DNA from: Rhodospirillales bacterium
Lineage (GTDB): Bacteria; Pseudomonadota; Alphaproteobacteria; Bin95
Assembly: GCA_038143065.1 (NCBI GenBank)
Contig: JAYQLI010000044.1
Coordinates: 1 to 58,087, forward strand
Direction of reading: 5' to 3'
Length of the DNA: 58,087 nt
Part shown: piece after piece, positions 33,461 to 46,196 of the stretch
How positions within the stretch are numbered: the stretch's first letter is position 1
Layout: each line of letters starts with the position of its first letter
Made by a program: the position numbers and the translations under genes
The notes under the pieces: model-generated
What the model was told of the DNA's origin: nothing
Database searches by the model: none
What the model saw: the letters and a program-made list of their open reading frames with translations, nothing else

Positions 33461-34083
33461 TTGTTAAAGCTTAATCTTGCATTCTTATCCGTCATAATTT
33501 GTTTTGCTGGTCCGGCAATGGCGTTGAAAAACTTGTCATTGGACAGACTGCATTTGTAGCCTGCAAAAACGTAAACCTTATGAAGGAAGCTAATAGCTTT
33601 TCACCAGTATTATCCTCTCTTGCTTTTGGTGAACAAGTGACAATCCTAGAATTAAAAGGCGAATTTGAATTACCTGATTCTGATTTTTCTTCAAAAGTAA
33701 AACTGGAAGCACAACTGCAAATGGCTGCTGGTGATGGTGAGCCAGCAGCGGTTCAAACTGAGGACTATACCAGAGCAGCCTGGGTAAAGATAAAACAAGG
33801 TCAGTTTGTTTCGGCGGCTTGTCTTGTATCTAAAGAAAATTTTCAGAACAGACTATGGAGAAAGCTGAAAAAAGGTGGCGCAGCTCTCATCAGGCACAGC
33901 AAAGCGGAATTTCTCAGAAGAGGAAGATGGTGACATGCGCGCGATGCGGGGGCAGCTGGAAAGCGAAGGTGGCACTGCAGATTTTTGAAGATCGATAGGC
34001 TTATAACCGAAAATCAGGGGTTAACAAATTTATCAACTCTAGAGGACTTCCGTAAGTCAGGCCGACTAGGAGAGTTTAAATGA
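33461..34083 (+). CDS. Secreted SH3-like domain protein (frameshifted)
   Basis: AGGAG RBS, signal peptide, VNLMKEANSFSPVLSSLAFGEQVTIL...WVKI, AMRG, C-terminal FRKSGRLG. Stop overlaps the M48 start. Confidence 0.6.
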
Positions 34084-35038
34084 GCTTAACAAAACGTATT
34101 TTTTCACACCTGCTTTTGATGCTGCTAATCACCGGATCTTTCAGCGCCTCATGCAGAACTGAAGTCTTTACTTGGGGAGGGCTCGGGGAACAGCCTTTTA
34201 GATAATATGCTCAACAATGGTAGTGGCGGCGGCGATGAAAAATGAACTGACAGACATGTTTAGTGGCTTAGGACAAACTAGCAGTGATGAAATATCAGAT
34301 GCCGATGCAGGGTCGAGTCTAAGTTTATTTTCTGTTGTAAACGACATGGTGGAATCAAATCAAAATACAAATTTAGGTCCAGTTGGCCGATTTGTGCTTG
34401 GCCGAAATTTATCCGCCAGGGTTGTTGGAGCGTCAAATATTGTTCCTGTATTAGATCCCAGAGTGTCCTATGTTCGAAATGTTGCAGTTACGATTATGCA
34501 AAGTAGCCGATATGGTGCGAATTATGTGGAGCCAGTTTTTATCCTAATTGAGGATCCTAAATTGATAAATGCCTTTGCTGCACCTGGCGGCTTTGTATTT
34601 ATTACTACTGGAATGCTGGATTTTCTTAAAAATGAAGATGAGCTGGCATTTGTTCTTGCGCATGAAATTGCACATATTGAATTAGACCATGGTTTGAATG
34701 CTATCAAACAGAATGAGGGCGCCAAGTTATTTTCCAAGGGTACGGAGGCGATGAATATGGAGGGAGCTAATCAAATGTTTGATGGTTCCTTGATTTTGCC
34801 GAAAATGGCTATTCTGTTGAACTTGAGGCGGAAGCTGATAGACGTGGAGCCGAACTTGTCAGTGCATTAGGCTATGATGTTCAGGCAGGTATAGATGTCA
34901 TTCGGCGATTAGAAGAAATTTCAGATAGAAAACATGCTATGGGTTATCCTGAAGATAGGCTCGACTTCTAAATTCTGTGGTAAAAAACGTTAACATCTCG
35001 TCAGAAATTAAAAGGGCAAGAGAGCAAAGATATCTCTG
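34080..35038 (+). CDS. M48-family zinc metalloprotease, secreted (frameshifted)
   Basis: INAFAAPGGFVFITTG, EDELAFVLAHEIAH, EAEAD, GYD. Confidence 0.88.
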
Positions 35039-35074
35039 AAATATTTGATTAAGGTAAGTGATTAGGCGCACAAG

Positions 35075-36771
35075 ATGAGTAAAAAAACCCCTGGCGGGAC
35101 AGCAGAAAATAAAAATGAACAAGCCGCGCTCGCGGCCTTAATCGAGCGGCAAAATCAGCAGCTGCAAAATCTAGAGAAAATATTATCCCCGGAAAATCAG
35201 GAACAGCAACAGCGGCGATTTGTCAGGGCCCTGATTAGGGGCATGTCGGTTTTTGCGATCGCAATTTCTGGTGCTATCGGCAGTTGGGAACTTGGTGTGT
35301 TTTTGAAGGAAAGTTGGGATATAAGGCAATTAGCGCATGATTATGCCAATGTAGGTGTCCAACTTTATTATCAAGAGAATAATCCTGCTGTAGCAAAAAA
35401 ATTTCTTGAGAAAGCAATAGATTTACAGCCAGATAACTCTGATTTCATGTATCCAGATGCCTATATTGACGGTATGGCGTCGGTCCGGGGATTATTCAAT
35501 CTGGACAGACCTTATAATGCTGAAGAACTGAACAATGCTTATGAGGCTCTGGCGAAGTCTGTTTTACTAGAGCAGCAACAACCGGCAAGTCCAGAACCAT
35601 ATATCCTAAGAGGCCAAATCTATGCCGCATTGAAGGACAATGATAGAGCGCAAAGGACGCTTGAAAGAGCTGTAGCTCTAGATCCAGAAAATGATTTCGC
35701 CCATATGCGCCTCGGCGTTGTTTCCTATAATAAGGGGATACCTCATCGGCACTGTCCTATCTGGACAAAGCTGGAACCTTAAACCCTCAATCAAAATGGG
35801 TTTATTTATGGAAGGAGTAATAGCTAGCGAGCAAAAATGAAACAGAAAGAGCCACAGGCCTGTTTTCACAGGCGCTAGATATCGATCCCCGATTTGACTT
35901 GGCTTATTATAATCTTGATGGACTTATTTGGGCGCTGACACAAAAGATTATAGAAGGCAGAGACTGCTTTCAGAAAGGCATTATCTCTAAACCCTGAATA
36001 TAAAGAGGCTTTTTTATGGATTGGGATGGTTTATGGTTACCAGCGCCAATATGAGATCGCTAGTGAATATTTGTCCAAAGCGCTCTTGCTCGATAATCAA
36101 TTTTTGACAGCATTTAAATGGCGGGGAATTGTACATGATGAGCTTGTGGAATACGAAAAGGCTCTGGATGATTTTTTCATCTGCCATTGCAATTGACCGG
36201 GCAACGCCCAAATCTTTATCCGGCGAGCGCGCGTCAATATTAAAACCAAAAATTACGAAGATGGGCTTTCTGACTTGTTGCTTGCTCGAAATTTTGATCC
36301 AGAAAACCCCCGAATTGGGCTGTATCTTGGCAATCTTTATTTTGATATCGAGGAATATGCCCTTAGCCTAGATGCAGTTAATGAAGCATTAACCCTTCGT
36401 CCAGCTTATAGTGATGCCCTGCGTCTGCGTGCCCAAATCCATACAAAGGCAGAAAATTATGAACAAGAAGCTCTGGAGGATTTGAGACTGCTCCTTAAAA
36501 GTACAAAAATATCGGCAAGAACGTATGTTTTTTCAAAGGGGCCAAATATTAGGCCTTATGAATAGAAACAAAGAAGCTTTTGAAAAATTTTGAGACTGCC
36601 CGTTCAATTAACCCTAATTTTGCTGATGCCTGGCTTGAAGAAGCAAAAGTGAAGCTATTATTAGCGAAACTATCTGACGCGCGCCTAGCGTTCTCAGAAT
36701 ATCTAAAATTACGGCCAAACGAGTCCAACATCAAAGAATTAAAAAAAATTTGGTTATTGAATGGCGAATAA
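35075..36771 (+). CDS. Membrane-anchored multi-TPR protein (frameshifted)
   Basis: One TM helix, then repeated TPR units (AVALDPENDFAHMRLG, DPRFDLAYYN, LNPEYKEA, LRPAYSDA, INPNFADAW). Confidence 0.8.
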
Positions 36772-36785
36772 ACTATTTTGTGCCC

Positions 36786-36804
36786 CCTCAGCTTAAAGCT
36801 GAGG
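36786..36804 (+). terminator. Stem-loop after the TPR gene
   Basis: CCTCAGCT-TAA-AGCTGAGG. Confidence 0.4.
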
Positions 36805-36915
36805 CCTATACTCTATTTTATTAGATATAAATAAATCTAAATCATTTGCGGGTGTATAGATAGTTAGGTGCAATATTATGTATCAAAATTTTATGGAAAT
36901 ACTGAGGTGAATATC

Positions 36916-38432
36916 ATGAAAAAGAAATCAGTCTTGTTCGCGGTAATGCTAACAATAGGGTTTTCTCAACCAGTGTTGGCAAACGATAATCCGCTAGGTG
37001 GCCTTTTTAAAGGTCTTAAAAAGCTTGAGCAGGATTTAAGTAATGGCCTTGGTACCAGTAAAGGAAGCTCTAATGAGAGTAACGGTTCATCTGTTTCAAG
37101 TTCGAGTGGCGGGACGGTAAAAAAAATGTCCAGCTCGCAATCTTCTGAGGATATTGCAGGTTCTAAATATATCGCATCGAAATGTTTTGTTGAAAATCCT
37201 GCTAAATTATATGCCAAGCTTCCTGGAACTAATGTAGGTAAAGTGGTGAATGATTTTAATATGGGCGAAAAGGAATTAATGAATCTTTTGTCCAGCGGGA
37301 AAACAAGCAGTTTGCCCTACATTTACGACCTAGAAGTTTATAACAATGCCTTTGCAAGTCGAAATATCGCCGTAGTATTTGAGGATTTTAATAAAACAGT
37401 TGAACCCAAAAACGATTGGAACTTTTAGGTTTGATTGCCGCCTCTATGGAAGTGGGTGGATTCTCAAAAGATAAAAAGGCCATAGGTGCAGACGCGACAG
37501 CAGCTTATGGGCTTATTCATTTATATTATTCCAATTATGGCGGCAATAAAGATTTGGGCCATAAGTTAATCAAAACAGCCGCTAAAAAGAACCAGGTGAT
37601 AGCTCCATACATAGAAGGGTTGCGCTATTTCAAAGGCTATGGATATGCCCAAAACCTTACAACTGCAGCCCAGTGGATGCGGAAGTCGAAAAAGCTCTGT
37701 TTGACAAGAGCCAAGAGGCTATAAAATCGACAGCAACCAAAAAATTTGACGTTTCTTCTGTTCTAAGGGACAAAGTAAAACAAGGAATGGTTTGCATTGA
37801 TTTTGACCCTGCATATCCAAATCGTGATGAAGCCATCAGACAGAAACAATTAGCTGCGGATATGGAAGCGGAGTTCAACCAGAAATATAACCAAAACCCT
37901 CCAAGTACAGGTAATAGGTTTCAATTTTTGAAAGAAATGGCCATCAAGACTGCACAGGTTCAGGCTGATGCGCTTGAGTTATTAGGGGATGCGAAAGGCG
38001 CAGACCAAACTCGTAGGCTTCTTGCGAAATTCCAGGCAGATAAAAATGTAGACCAAGAAAAGTTAGCAACTTTTATGTTTACAATTGGTGAGAGTGACAA
38101 GCTTATCAGACAGGCTCTCGGCAACGCTAAAAAAATTTGGACTCAGCTGGAAAAGAGAAGCTCAAACAGTGATCTATGATCTGGAAGATTTGATCTATAC
38201 TTCTGAAAATTATATTGCCGGAATGTTTGCCAGTTTGTTAATGGGAGGTGGCGGCAACCATAGTAGCCTTGGTTTTGAAATGGGTACCCTCGGTAATGTA
38301 CGACGCTTGGGTTGTAGTGCTTGGGCTAATACAAATAAATTTGCTAAGCGTACATCTGTTGCGATGAAAACTAACAGACAGCCTAAAACATTAAAATCAG
38401 CTGCCGCTGCGTTAGGGGATGATGATAACTAG
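36916..38432 (+). CDS. Secreted hypothetical protein with a Sel1-like repeat (frameshifted)
   Basis: Signal peptide (VLA), Ser/Gly linker, EGLRYFKGYGYAQNLTTAAQWM. Confidence 0.6.
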
Positions 38433-38452
38433 ACCTAATGTTCAACTATCAA

Positions 38453-38484
38453 ATAAAAAATGCGGCTGATGCCGCATTTTTTAT
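38453..38484. terminator. Bidirectional rho-independent terminator
   Basis: ATAAAAAATGCGGC-TGAT-GCCGCATTTTTTAT between convergent genes. Confidence 0.85.
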
Positions 38485-38503
38485 CTAACTAAAACCGCTT
38501 AAC

Positions 38504-39790
38504 TTAAATCAACAATAAAGCTTTTACAGCATCAGATTCAGTGTTTGTTACCTTTTCATCTTTTGTGCTTAAACCAAATGTCTGGACATCACCTGCATCA
38601 CCTAATTTTTCTTCAATGCCAGAGATCAAATTTTTGCGCTCATCTTCATCTATGATGCTTTTAAAACCTCGATCTAGCAATTCTTCATAAAGGTCAACAA
38701 TATAAGAGAAAGGGTCACGGCGCTGACGCTCATCCTTTGGGGATTTATATAAAACAGTGGCGATGAACCTTTGATTATAGATACGTTTATCATCACCAAA
38801 GCTATCAAAAACCCTAATTCTTAATGCAAGGATTATTTCGACTGTCATCTCACTATCAATAACCGGATCATCTGTATATTGAATAACCCACCCTTGTAGA
38901 TGGGGTTTATTTTGCAAATCTGCTTCAGTGGTACGCGTTTTTAGTACGCGGTCCGTGTCGCCAATTCGTATAGCGATATCGGCGCGGGTTGCATTGGAAT
39001 CTGTAAAGGGAATAACAATCGTTTAGAATGAATTCCCAAATCTATAGGTTGCAATATTTCCCACCCATTTGCGGACCAATTCTGGCGAGCGCCCCAACGC
39101 ATCGCAGCTTTGCAGAAAACGTTCATTATTAGTAACTTCAGAAACATGAGAAAATAAACCGTTACCCTGATTGCTAAATGGGTAACTTAAAAGGCTATTT
39201 TTAAAATAATTAGCAATAGTTTCTTGGTATTCGCCAACACCAGATAGCAATTCCAAATATTGATCACGAATCTCCAGTTCTTGGTTTCCATCTACTGAGT
39301 AATTATAGCTTTTAGCTAAAATTGGAAACATGTTCACAATGGTTGATGTTTCAATATTGTAAATAAATACAGAGCCGCTAAGCCTCAACGCGGTCAGCCT
39401 TTGCTTATTCTGTTCAATTTTTATGTCTGATATTGTCATTTCCTGGCTGACCGCAAACACCATGGCATGGTCAGCATATCTCTCCTGACCCGTTGCTCCA
39501 CTAACTAACAGATTCATACCCTTTTCTTCTAAGGTGGAGCTGGGAATACTGTTTAATGAATCTGAGAGGGAAGAATTAATTTTTTGTTAGAGTGTTTTTA
39601 TCATCTAGAATACCAATGACATTTGGTAGTTCCCTCCTCATCTCCTGCTGTATAAGAAATGCCACTCCATAAAATTGTCTGGCCGTCTACAACGGCTAGC
39701 GTTCGGAATATTAAAAGATTGAAAAACTGCACTTGCGCTCACCGCATAACCTGCTGCAGTCATTGATTTCAATACAGCTCTTCGTTTCAT
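38504..39790 (-). CDS. Hypothetical protein with Tat-like signal peptide (frameshifted)
   Basis: GAGG RBS, then MKRRAVLKSMTAAG. Continues through ORFs 39023-39517 and 38504-38917. Confidence 0.55.
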
Positions 39791-39959
39791 ATTGTAAGCC
39801 TCATCTTTTCAAAATTCTATAGCCTATTTTCAAGATCAGCATGCTTATGGGTAGGGATCAAGAATAAAATAATGGGCAAAATATCAGGCTATTTGAAAGC
39901 TGTGAGAAAAAAAGGCTCTAACGTGTTCATATGAATAGTGAACGTAATTGGAGGCTTTA

Positions 39960-40478
39960 ATGAAGGTTAATTATTTTATTCCAACTTTGATGGCTATATC
40001 ACTGCTTTGTTCAGCCGCCGCTGCATCTGGCAACCAGTTTCAGCATGTTGAATATGGCACAGTATTAGATGTAGAGACGATTTGGTCAACGAATATAAAT
40101 TCACAGCCAGTTATTGAACAAAGTTGCTCGATGGTTCGCCAGTCCTACAAACCTGATCCAGGCAAGCAGGTGCTGGGCGGTCTAATTGGCTCAGGCATTG
40201 GCAATGCAATTTCTGACAAAGACGGCGCAGGTAGCGCCGGTGCTGTGTTAGGTGCAATTCTAGCTTCTCGCGAAACGCAACCACGTTATGTGGAAAAATG
40301 TTCAGAGCGTGTGGTGTATAAGAAATCCCGTTCTAGAGTGCCAAGTTATTACCGGATCAAAGCATCGCTTAATGGAAACACCTTTATTGTGAATTCCGAT
40401 AAAGCCTATCACCGGCATCAGAGAATACCAATTTCGGTCCGCTCTGAATACAGCATAGCTTCAGGTAATATACGCTGA
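39960..40478 (+). CDS. Secreted glycine-zipper 2TM protein (SlyB/YcfJ-like)
   Basis: Signal peptide, Cys-flanked GGLIGSGIGNAI...GAVLGAILA. GGAGG RBS. Confidence 0.75.
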   Translation: MKVNYFIPTLMAISLLCSAAAASGNQFQHVEYGTVLDVETIWSTNINSQPVIEQSCSMVRQSYKPDPGKQVLGGLIGSGIGNAISDKDGAGSAGAVLGAILASRETQPRYVEKCSERVVYKKSRSRVPSYYRIKASLNGNTFIVNSDKAYHRHQRIPISVRSEYSIASGNIR

Positions 40479-40528
40479 AGTCGCCCCTCTATCCTTTCAT
40501 CCATTATCTTTTATCAAGGAATAAGAAA

Positions 40529-41087
40529 ATGAAACGCATTAGAAAAAATCTCATAAGCTGCTCGGTCTTACTGTCTACTTTCTTTCTTGGCGCCTGCCAA
40601 ACTCTTCCTAGCCCGGATATTTATGGAGGTGTGGACCATCGCACAGAACGCTATGACAACATTGTTAGTCAGAAGTTATTTAATGATTGCCGGCAGGGAA
40701 GGAATAAATTTCGACCGTCAGGCTAATGAACAAGGTCGGCCGGAATTATTCCTGCAAAGTGCTAATCAATTATTATCTTGTGAAACCAGTGTTGCTGGGC
40801 GTGCCCATCTGATCGATACAGAGCTGCGCATGCAGACTTATGCTCTGGCTATCCAAAACAAGATAAAGGGTGGTGATGTATATGGTGGCCATGAGGCTTT
40901 TTTGAAATTCACCAACACCTTTCAAGGTCGTGACCTGATTTATACAAATGGTTCTTCTTTCGTTGATACGATGCATGTTCTGTTCAATCTAACAGATACA
41001 AAAAGCCCCTTTCATTTAGCAGCTATGAATGCACGTCCAAAAGTTAAGGATGAAGTGCGCAGAATTAGCTATTGGCGTTCAAATTAA
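40529..41087 (+). CDS. Hypothetical lipoprotein (frameshifted)
   Basis: Lipobox FLGAC. Helical body ending EVRRISYWRSN. Confidence 0.65.
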
Positions 41088-41119
41088 GCTCCAACCTAAC
41101 TGCAAAAAGGATGAGTAAA

Positions 41120-42005
41120 ATGAAACAATATTCTCTTATCAAAGGTGCTGGGGTCAAGTTCAACAATAGGTTTACTGTTGTACCTTACCCCCATATGGTC
41201 TCAGACGGTAGTGGCATCAGAATGGAATCCCCAGCTATCAGAACGTGTCTTGATGTTGCCACCGCAGCATCTGGAACGAGTGGTTGAGCAGGATTTCAAC
41301 CTGTCCTCTCTTGCTGAGGAGTTGAATACCGTTGGCGATGATGTGTCAGCGAAGGTTGAAACCATTCAGTCCCTCCAAGACATTGCTCCGCAATATGATG
41401 GTGAAGAGCAAATAGAGGTGCGGCATCAAATTATTGAAGGCAAGAAATCATATATTGAATTGGGTGGGTGCACAGATGTCTTTACAGCGTCAGCGTTTCT
41501 ACAAAAATTCGCTTATATAAAAGACTTTTAGAAAAGGCTGAACGGGACAGGTTGAAATCAGGTTCAACTAAAAACAATTGCGGCGCTCCAGGAACAGGCT
41601 GTTGAACGCTCCCGTAATGTTCAGAACAAGTTGCAAGACACAGTAATTTTCACGCCATCGTCAGAGAAATCTAAGTTTAGTGTGTCCTATGAAGAAAATA
41701 TAGCCGCCATTGATGCGCTGAAGGAATCCATTCAAAATCACCCAATGGCACAGCATGCCGGCCTTTCTGATACGGGCGAGCTTTCATCCAAAGATTATCT
41801 GCGCCAGATGATTCAAAATTCTGAGGCGGAATTGGCGATATTGGATATGGAAGAAGAGGTGTTAGGTCATATGGCAAAGCTTGTTGTTTTAGATGCGATG
41901 GCATTAGCGGATGATTTAAGCGCTTTACAATTTGCTGCGATGAGTCCAAACATGACGAAACGTTCATCAGGACCAGCAGCCGCCACAGAATTATTTCTTC
42001 GCTGA
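41120..42005 (+). CDS. Secreted coiled-coil hypothetical protein (frameshifted)
   Basis: Signal-like N-terminus, WNPQLSERVLMLP, long helical acidic segments. Confidence 0.6.
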
Positions 42006-42049
42006 ACAAATATCAAAAATTTCCAAATATGAAAATTATGGAGACAACA

Positions 42050-42434
42050 ATGAGAACAAAGTCACTGACGCCAATTTTATTTACTATGGCTCTTTTCATT
42101 AGTGGTAACGCAATAGCATCATCCATTGATAATCTAGAGCGGGAGCGCGCAATTACTCTTGCCGAATATCTAAGTCCTGATGTTGGTCCAGACGAACGTT
42201 GGTCGCAGCTGGAAAAAGGCCAAGCGTCGCCTAACTGACTTAGAGCGTGTTGCATTACAGGACAAAACTCTCAAAAAAAGTGGCTCATATAGAGCTATCC
42301 GCGCCTTTAAAGATTATGAGCAAACGTTCTTGGTTCATGCTTCGGCTGAATTCAACAAAACGCCTATCATTCACTGGATGGATAATGTTGGGCTGACATC
42401 AACAAACCTTTTGGCAACACGGGAAGTTAAATAA
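42050..42434 (+). CDS. Secreted hypothetical protein (frameshifted)
   Basis: GGAG RBS, signal peptide (AIA), LERERA...RRLTDLER...YEQTFLVHAS. Confidence 0.6.
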
Positions 42435-42988
42435 TGCTACCGAGGTTTTTTGAAAATTTTGCTCTATTATCTCGATGTTTTAGTTACATTGGTGGCTTTG
42501 CCGTCATAGGTTTTGCGATTGTCTTATTCCTATATGGTAAAACACCCGGTAATTTTATGGGGTGGATTGCCAGTGTATTAAGTTGGAGCTTTGTTTGCCT
42601 GCTGATATCTCTAGTCACAGCCTGTATGTTCTGTATTTTGAAAATAATGAACATTGCACCTAATGAGGTTCAGCAATGTGAATATTGGTGCAATTAGGCT
42701 TCAATCATCTTCAGCAATAGCAACATTGGCTCTGACCTATACGTTGTTATTGGGAATTAGTATGGGTATTGGTTCTTTGTCGGGTCGGAGATGGACGCTG
42801 CGAATGTAAACCAAGTCATTTCCAACCTGACTAAACAGTTTAGTATGGCTTTTATGACCTCGGTCATTGGTTTGCCGGTTTCTGCAGCTTTCAGAACTAT
42901 TCTTGTTGTTGCCCCATTAAAACCCCGTTTGAAGCAGAGCTCTTCTCAGCTATTGCCGCTTGCCCCTTTATCCTCAACGGAGACTTAA
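42434..42988 (+). CDS. MotA/TolQ/ExbB proton-channel-like membrane protein (frameshifted)
   Basis: Two N-terminal TMs, then ATLALTYTL..GISMGIGSL and QFSMAFMTSVIGLP, matching the two Thr-bearing channel helices of this family. Confidence 0.65.
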
Positions 42989-42989
42989 T

Positions 42990-43706
42990 ATGCGTTTTTT
43001 CATTTTTAATTTATTGGTGCTTTCAAGTCTTGCTTATTTGGTGACCGCCTTCTCAGGCATGTCACCAACCAAATGGGCTCGTGAATTTCCAGACAAATTG
43101 AAGAATTCTATAGATGGCCATGCTAAAGAACATCTATCTGACAAAACGTCATTTGATGATGATATCATGCAGAATATGACGCAAAAGCTGAACGATGTAT
43201 CAAAAGCGGCTAGCAAAACAGGGCTAACTGTCATTGAAAAAAGCAAAGATATAGCACGTCTTGACCCTCCAGTGGCGGCTAAAAATGTCTCCAGAAGATA
43301 TTGAAAAATTAATTAGGATACGGTTGCCCAGACAATGAACGAGGCTTCGCTTAAAGAACGGCATGCCAGGGAAAGTTCAGAAAAAGAGGAAGTTTCTCTT
43401 CCCATAAAAATAGCTAAGGCTGAACAAAATGGAATGTCAAAAACTTCTGTTAAAGCTAGACAAAGTCAAGCCTGTTGAAACCGTTGATACAAATAAAGGT
43501 TCAGAAAAAAGTGATGCAGAACTTGAGGCTGCCTTCAACGAAATGATGGCAATGCCCGTAAATGCCCCAACAGATGAGCCAGTAATGTCACAAAGACAAA
43601 CAAACATCTCGAGCTTAAATTCATGACCACAGGTCAACGACAGTCTTCTCTTGCGAAGGTTATGCAGGATATGGAGCTATTTTATCTTGAGCGTGTAACG
43701 AGATAG
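42990..43706 (+). CDS. Single-TM hypothetical protein with low-complexity linker (frameshifted)
   Basis: MRFFIFNLLVLSSLAYLV anchor. C-terminus QDMELFYLERVTR. Confidence 0.55.
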
Positions 43707-43709
43707 ATT

Positions 43710-44887
43710 ATGAAAAAGACAAGCGTGGCAAGCATTACATCAAATATATTATTTGTGCTCATCCTATCCACCGTACTTGTTGAAAAAGAGCAAGATACTA
43801 AAGATTCTACAGAACATAGTGTTAGCCAACCTGTTGCGTCGCTGCAGAGCCAAAACCAGATGCTGTCCCATTTCTCATTTGCTTCCCCAAAAATACTTGA
43901 AAATTGGTCAGGTGAAGCGCCTTCGGCTATGGAAAATTTCAGTTGAAAAGGTTTTCGGCAGCAGATATCGCGGAGGCCAGGGGTGATTTTGCTCAGCCAC
44001 TTTTGCCGCTGACCGAAAACCACGTGATAGGGGCACAGCAAAGCTTATACCCGCCAGTTATGAATCCGATGTTCAAAAGCCAGAAAACTGGTTCCGCTTT
44101 CAGCACCTAATCCTGCTCTGGCGAAGACAGTAAAGCCCGATCAACTTGCCGCTGTTAAGGAAACTGGAAGCACAAGACAGACTGCCCTCCCATCCATAAC
44201 CCCATTGACATATAAAAAACCAAAACCAAATACTGAGCGCCTCTTTGAGGTAAAAATTGAAACTGAACCAAAGGATAAAGTGACAATTAAGGGTCAAGGA
44301 CACCCTTGTGAAAATATAACAACTGACACCTCTGAGAAAAGAAACAAACCTGCTTTGCTGCCTCCACCTAGTATGACTGAGGTAAAGGCCACACAAATGA
44401 TACTTAACAATTTGGATCAAGTAGATGGTCTTGCTATGACATTTATTTGGCCAGAAGACACCTATATTAAATCACGCATACACAGAGCATTAAAAGAGTG
44501 TTACGGGATGCGGCTTGGCCATCTAAAACAAAACGGCAATTATATTTCTCAAACACCCAAAAAGCGACAAAAAAGGCTGAGCTTGATTTTTACTCTCCAT
44601 TATTAAGACTTGTAAGTGTGCCTATCGATAAAAGAGAAATAGAGGAAATTCGAAAGATTAAGACAAATGTCAGCGGACAATTGGTTAGGCTATTTCAAAG
44701 CGTCTGGATGCCTATATCCTTGCCACTCTAAAAACAGGTGTTAAATCCAGCAGAAAAATTAAAAGGTCAATTTACAGGTGTTTATCAATTCAAAGGCGGT
44801 AAGCCCGGTTTAGGGGAATTTAAACTTAACGGTCAGCTACTTAATGTTGAAATAGAATTGCCAGTTAGCCAGATAGGTTGCCTGTAA
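43710..44887 (+). CDS. Single-TM protein with Pro/Lys-rich linker and C-terminal globular domain (TonB/TolA-like architecture), frameshifted
   Basis: VASITSNILFVLIL anchor (SxxxN spacing like the TonB SxxxH motif), Pro-rich spacer, FIWP...CYGM domain. Confidence 0.45.
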
Positions 44888-45013
44888 AACCTATTATTAA
44901 TTTGCCTCTAAAAGGGGGCGCAAAATACAGAACTTTCAAGCCAATTCCAGCAAGGCCAAACCGAGTTGTTGTTGTTTCGAGAGTAAATACGCCTGATTGT
45001 ATTTAAATTAAAT

Positions 45014-46196
45014 TCAACCATTGCTGGGCAATTTCAGATGGTCGATCTGTTGCAAACAAGGCAATAAGGTCACTTTTAGCGGATAAAAAAAAATGGTCGG
45101 GTAAGAAAGTTTGTCCAGGTTCGCGTTGTTGTTCCATGCGGCGGTGTTGTCTTTTTTATCAGTTGCCTTAGAACGGATATTACGCAGCCAAATCTCTAAT
45201 TTTTTTTCACCGCTATTGATTATCTGAATTTGAATTGACAACTCAAATTAACATTGGATGGCAAAATATCTGAATTTATTTTTGTTGAAAAAATTGTAGG
45301 GCAGTCATTTTGAATGATAGACAGATCTAGCATCTCTGTGACACGAGCTGATTTCTGCAGCATGGTTTGTTCAAAAAAAATTGCAGTATTTGCTTGTATC
45401 CAGTTACCATCTCTCCTGCTTTTTTTAATTAGGCGACTTAAGGCAATATGTTGTCCATCTTCTTCAAGAAGGCGCCATTTTTTCCAATCTGAGTAAAGTG
45501 AATAAAAATACCCGCAATCAAGGTTGCAGAAAAAAAAAAAGCATTAATATAGCAACCAGAAGAGCTGGTACAATTAACAAGCGTTTTTTTTATCGTTATT
45601 GGTGCGGTAACAGGAGCCCGGGGTTTCACTTAGCTCCAGACCCATGGCGAAAAGCACACTTACCTCAGAGAAGTGGCTGCATGCAATAATTTTATCTGCA
45701 ACAAAATGATTGAAAGCTAGTTCCGAGATATTGTCGGGATGCATCACAACGAATACCTTACCACCCTGCTGCTGATAGTTTATCAGCATATTTTCAGATA
45801 AATGTGTTTTTTTCTCAATATGGTCAACTCTGCAATATCCAGATTTGAAGCACGCGGCCTGTTGTAAAAATCAGAATATCATGATTTAGATTGCGGCATC
45901 TAATACTGTGAGCTGGTCATAGGATGATGCCAAATGGCCAATAGCGATACCCAATTGCCAGCTTTGGCCTGTGTTATGGGCGCAGACAAATCTGTTCTGT
46001 AAGAATTATCGCCAATAATTTCTGAATGATACCAGTAGGGCGCCGGATAAAAGCGTCATAAGCCGCACTGATAGGGAAGTGCCTGAAAACTATTTTTCAG
46101 ACATAAAACCGAATTTATATTTGGTGTCTCCTTTGTAATCGATACCAATTCAACAGGTATATCTGTTGTGGGAATAACTATGCAAAACTTATTCAC
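45014..46196 (-). CDS. Membrane-anchored Lon-type (S16-like) Ser-Lys protease domain protein without ATPase, frameshifted
   Basis: Stitched translation ...YRTDLSAPIT-GQSWQLGIAIGHLA...IFTTG.V...LDI..VDHIEKK..., then hydrophobic LLIVPALLVAILMLFFF. GTG start overlaps the upstream stop. Confidence 0.55.

Noticed and set aside
39870-39890. GGCAAAATATC as a promoter motif for the putative sigma factor (also near 45260)
   Set aside because: The second copy lies inside coding sequence, and such matches are expected by chance in AT-rich DNA.
42434-42988. Zorya ZorA anti-phage protein
   Set aside because: Shares the AFxTSxxG helix but lacks the long cytoplasmic tail, and no OmpA-domain ZorB or ZorC/D/E is adjacent.
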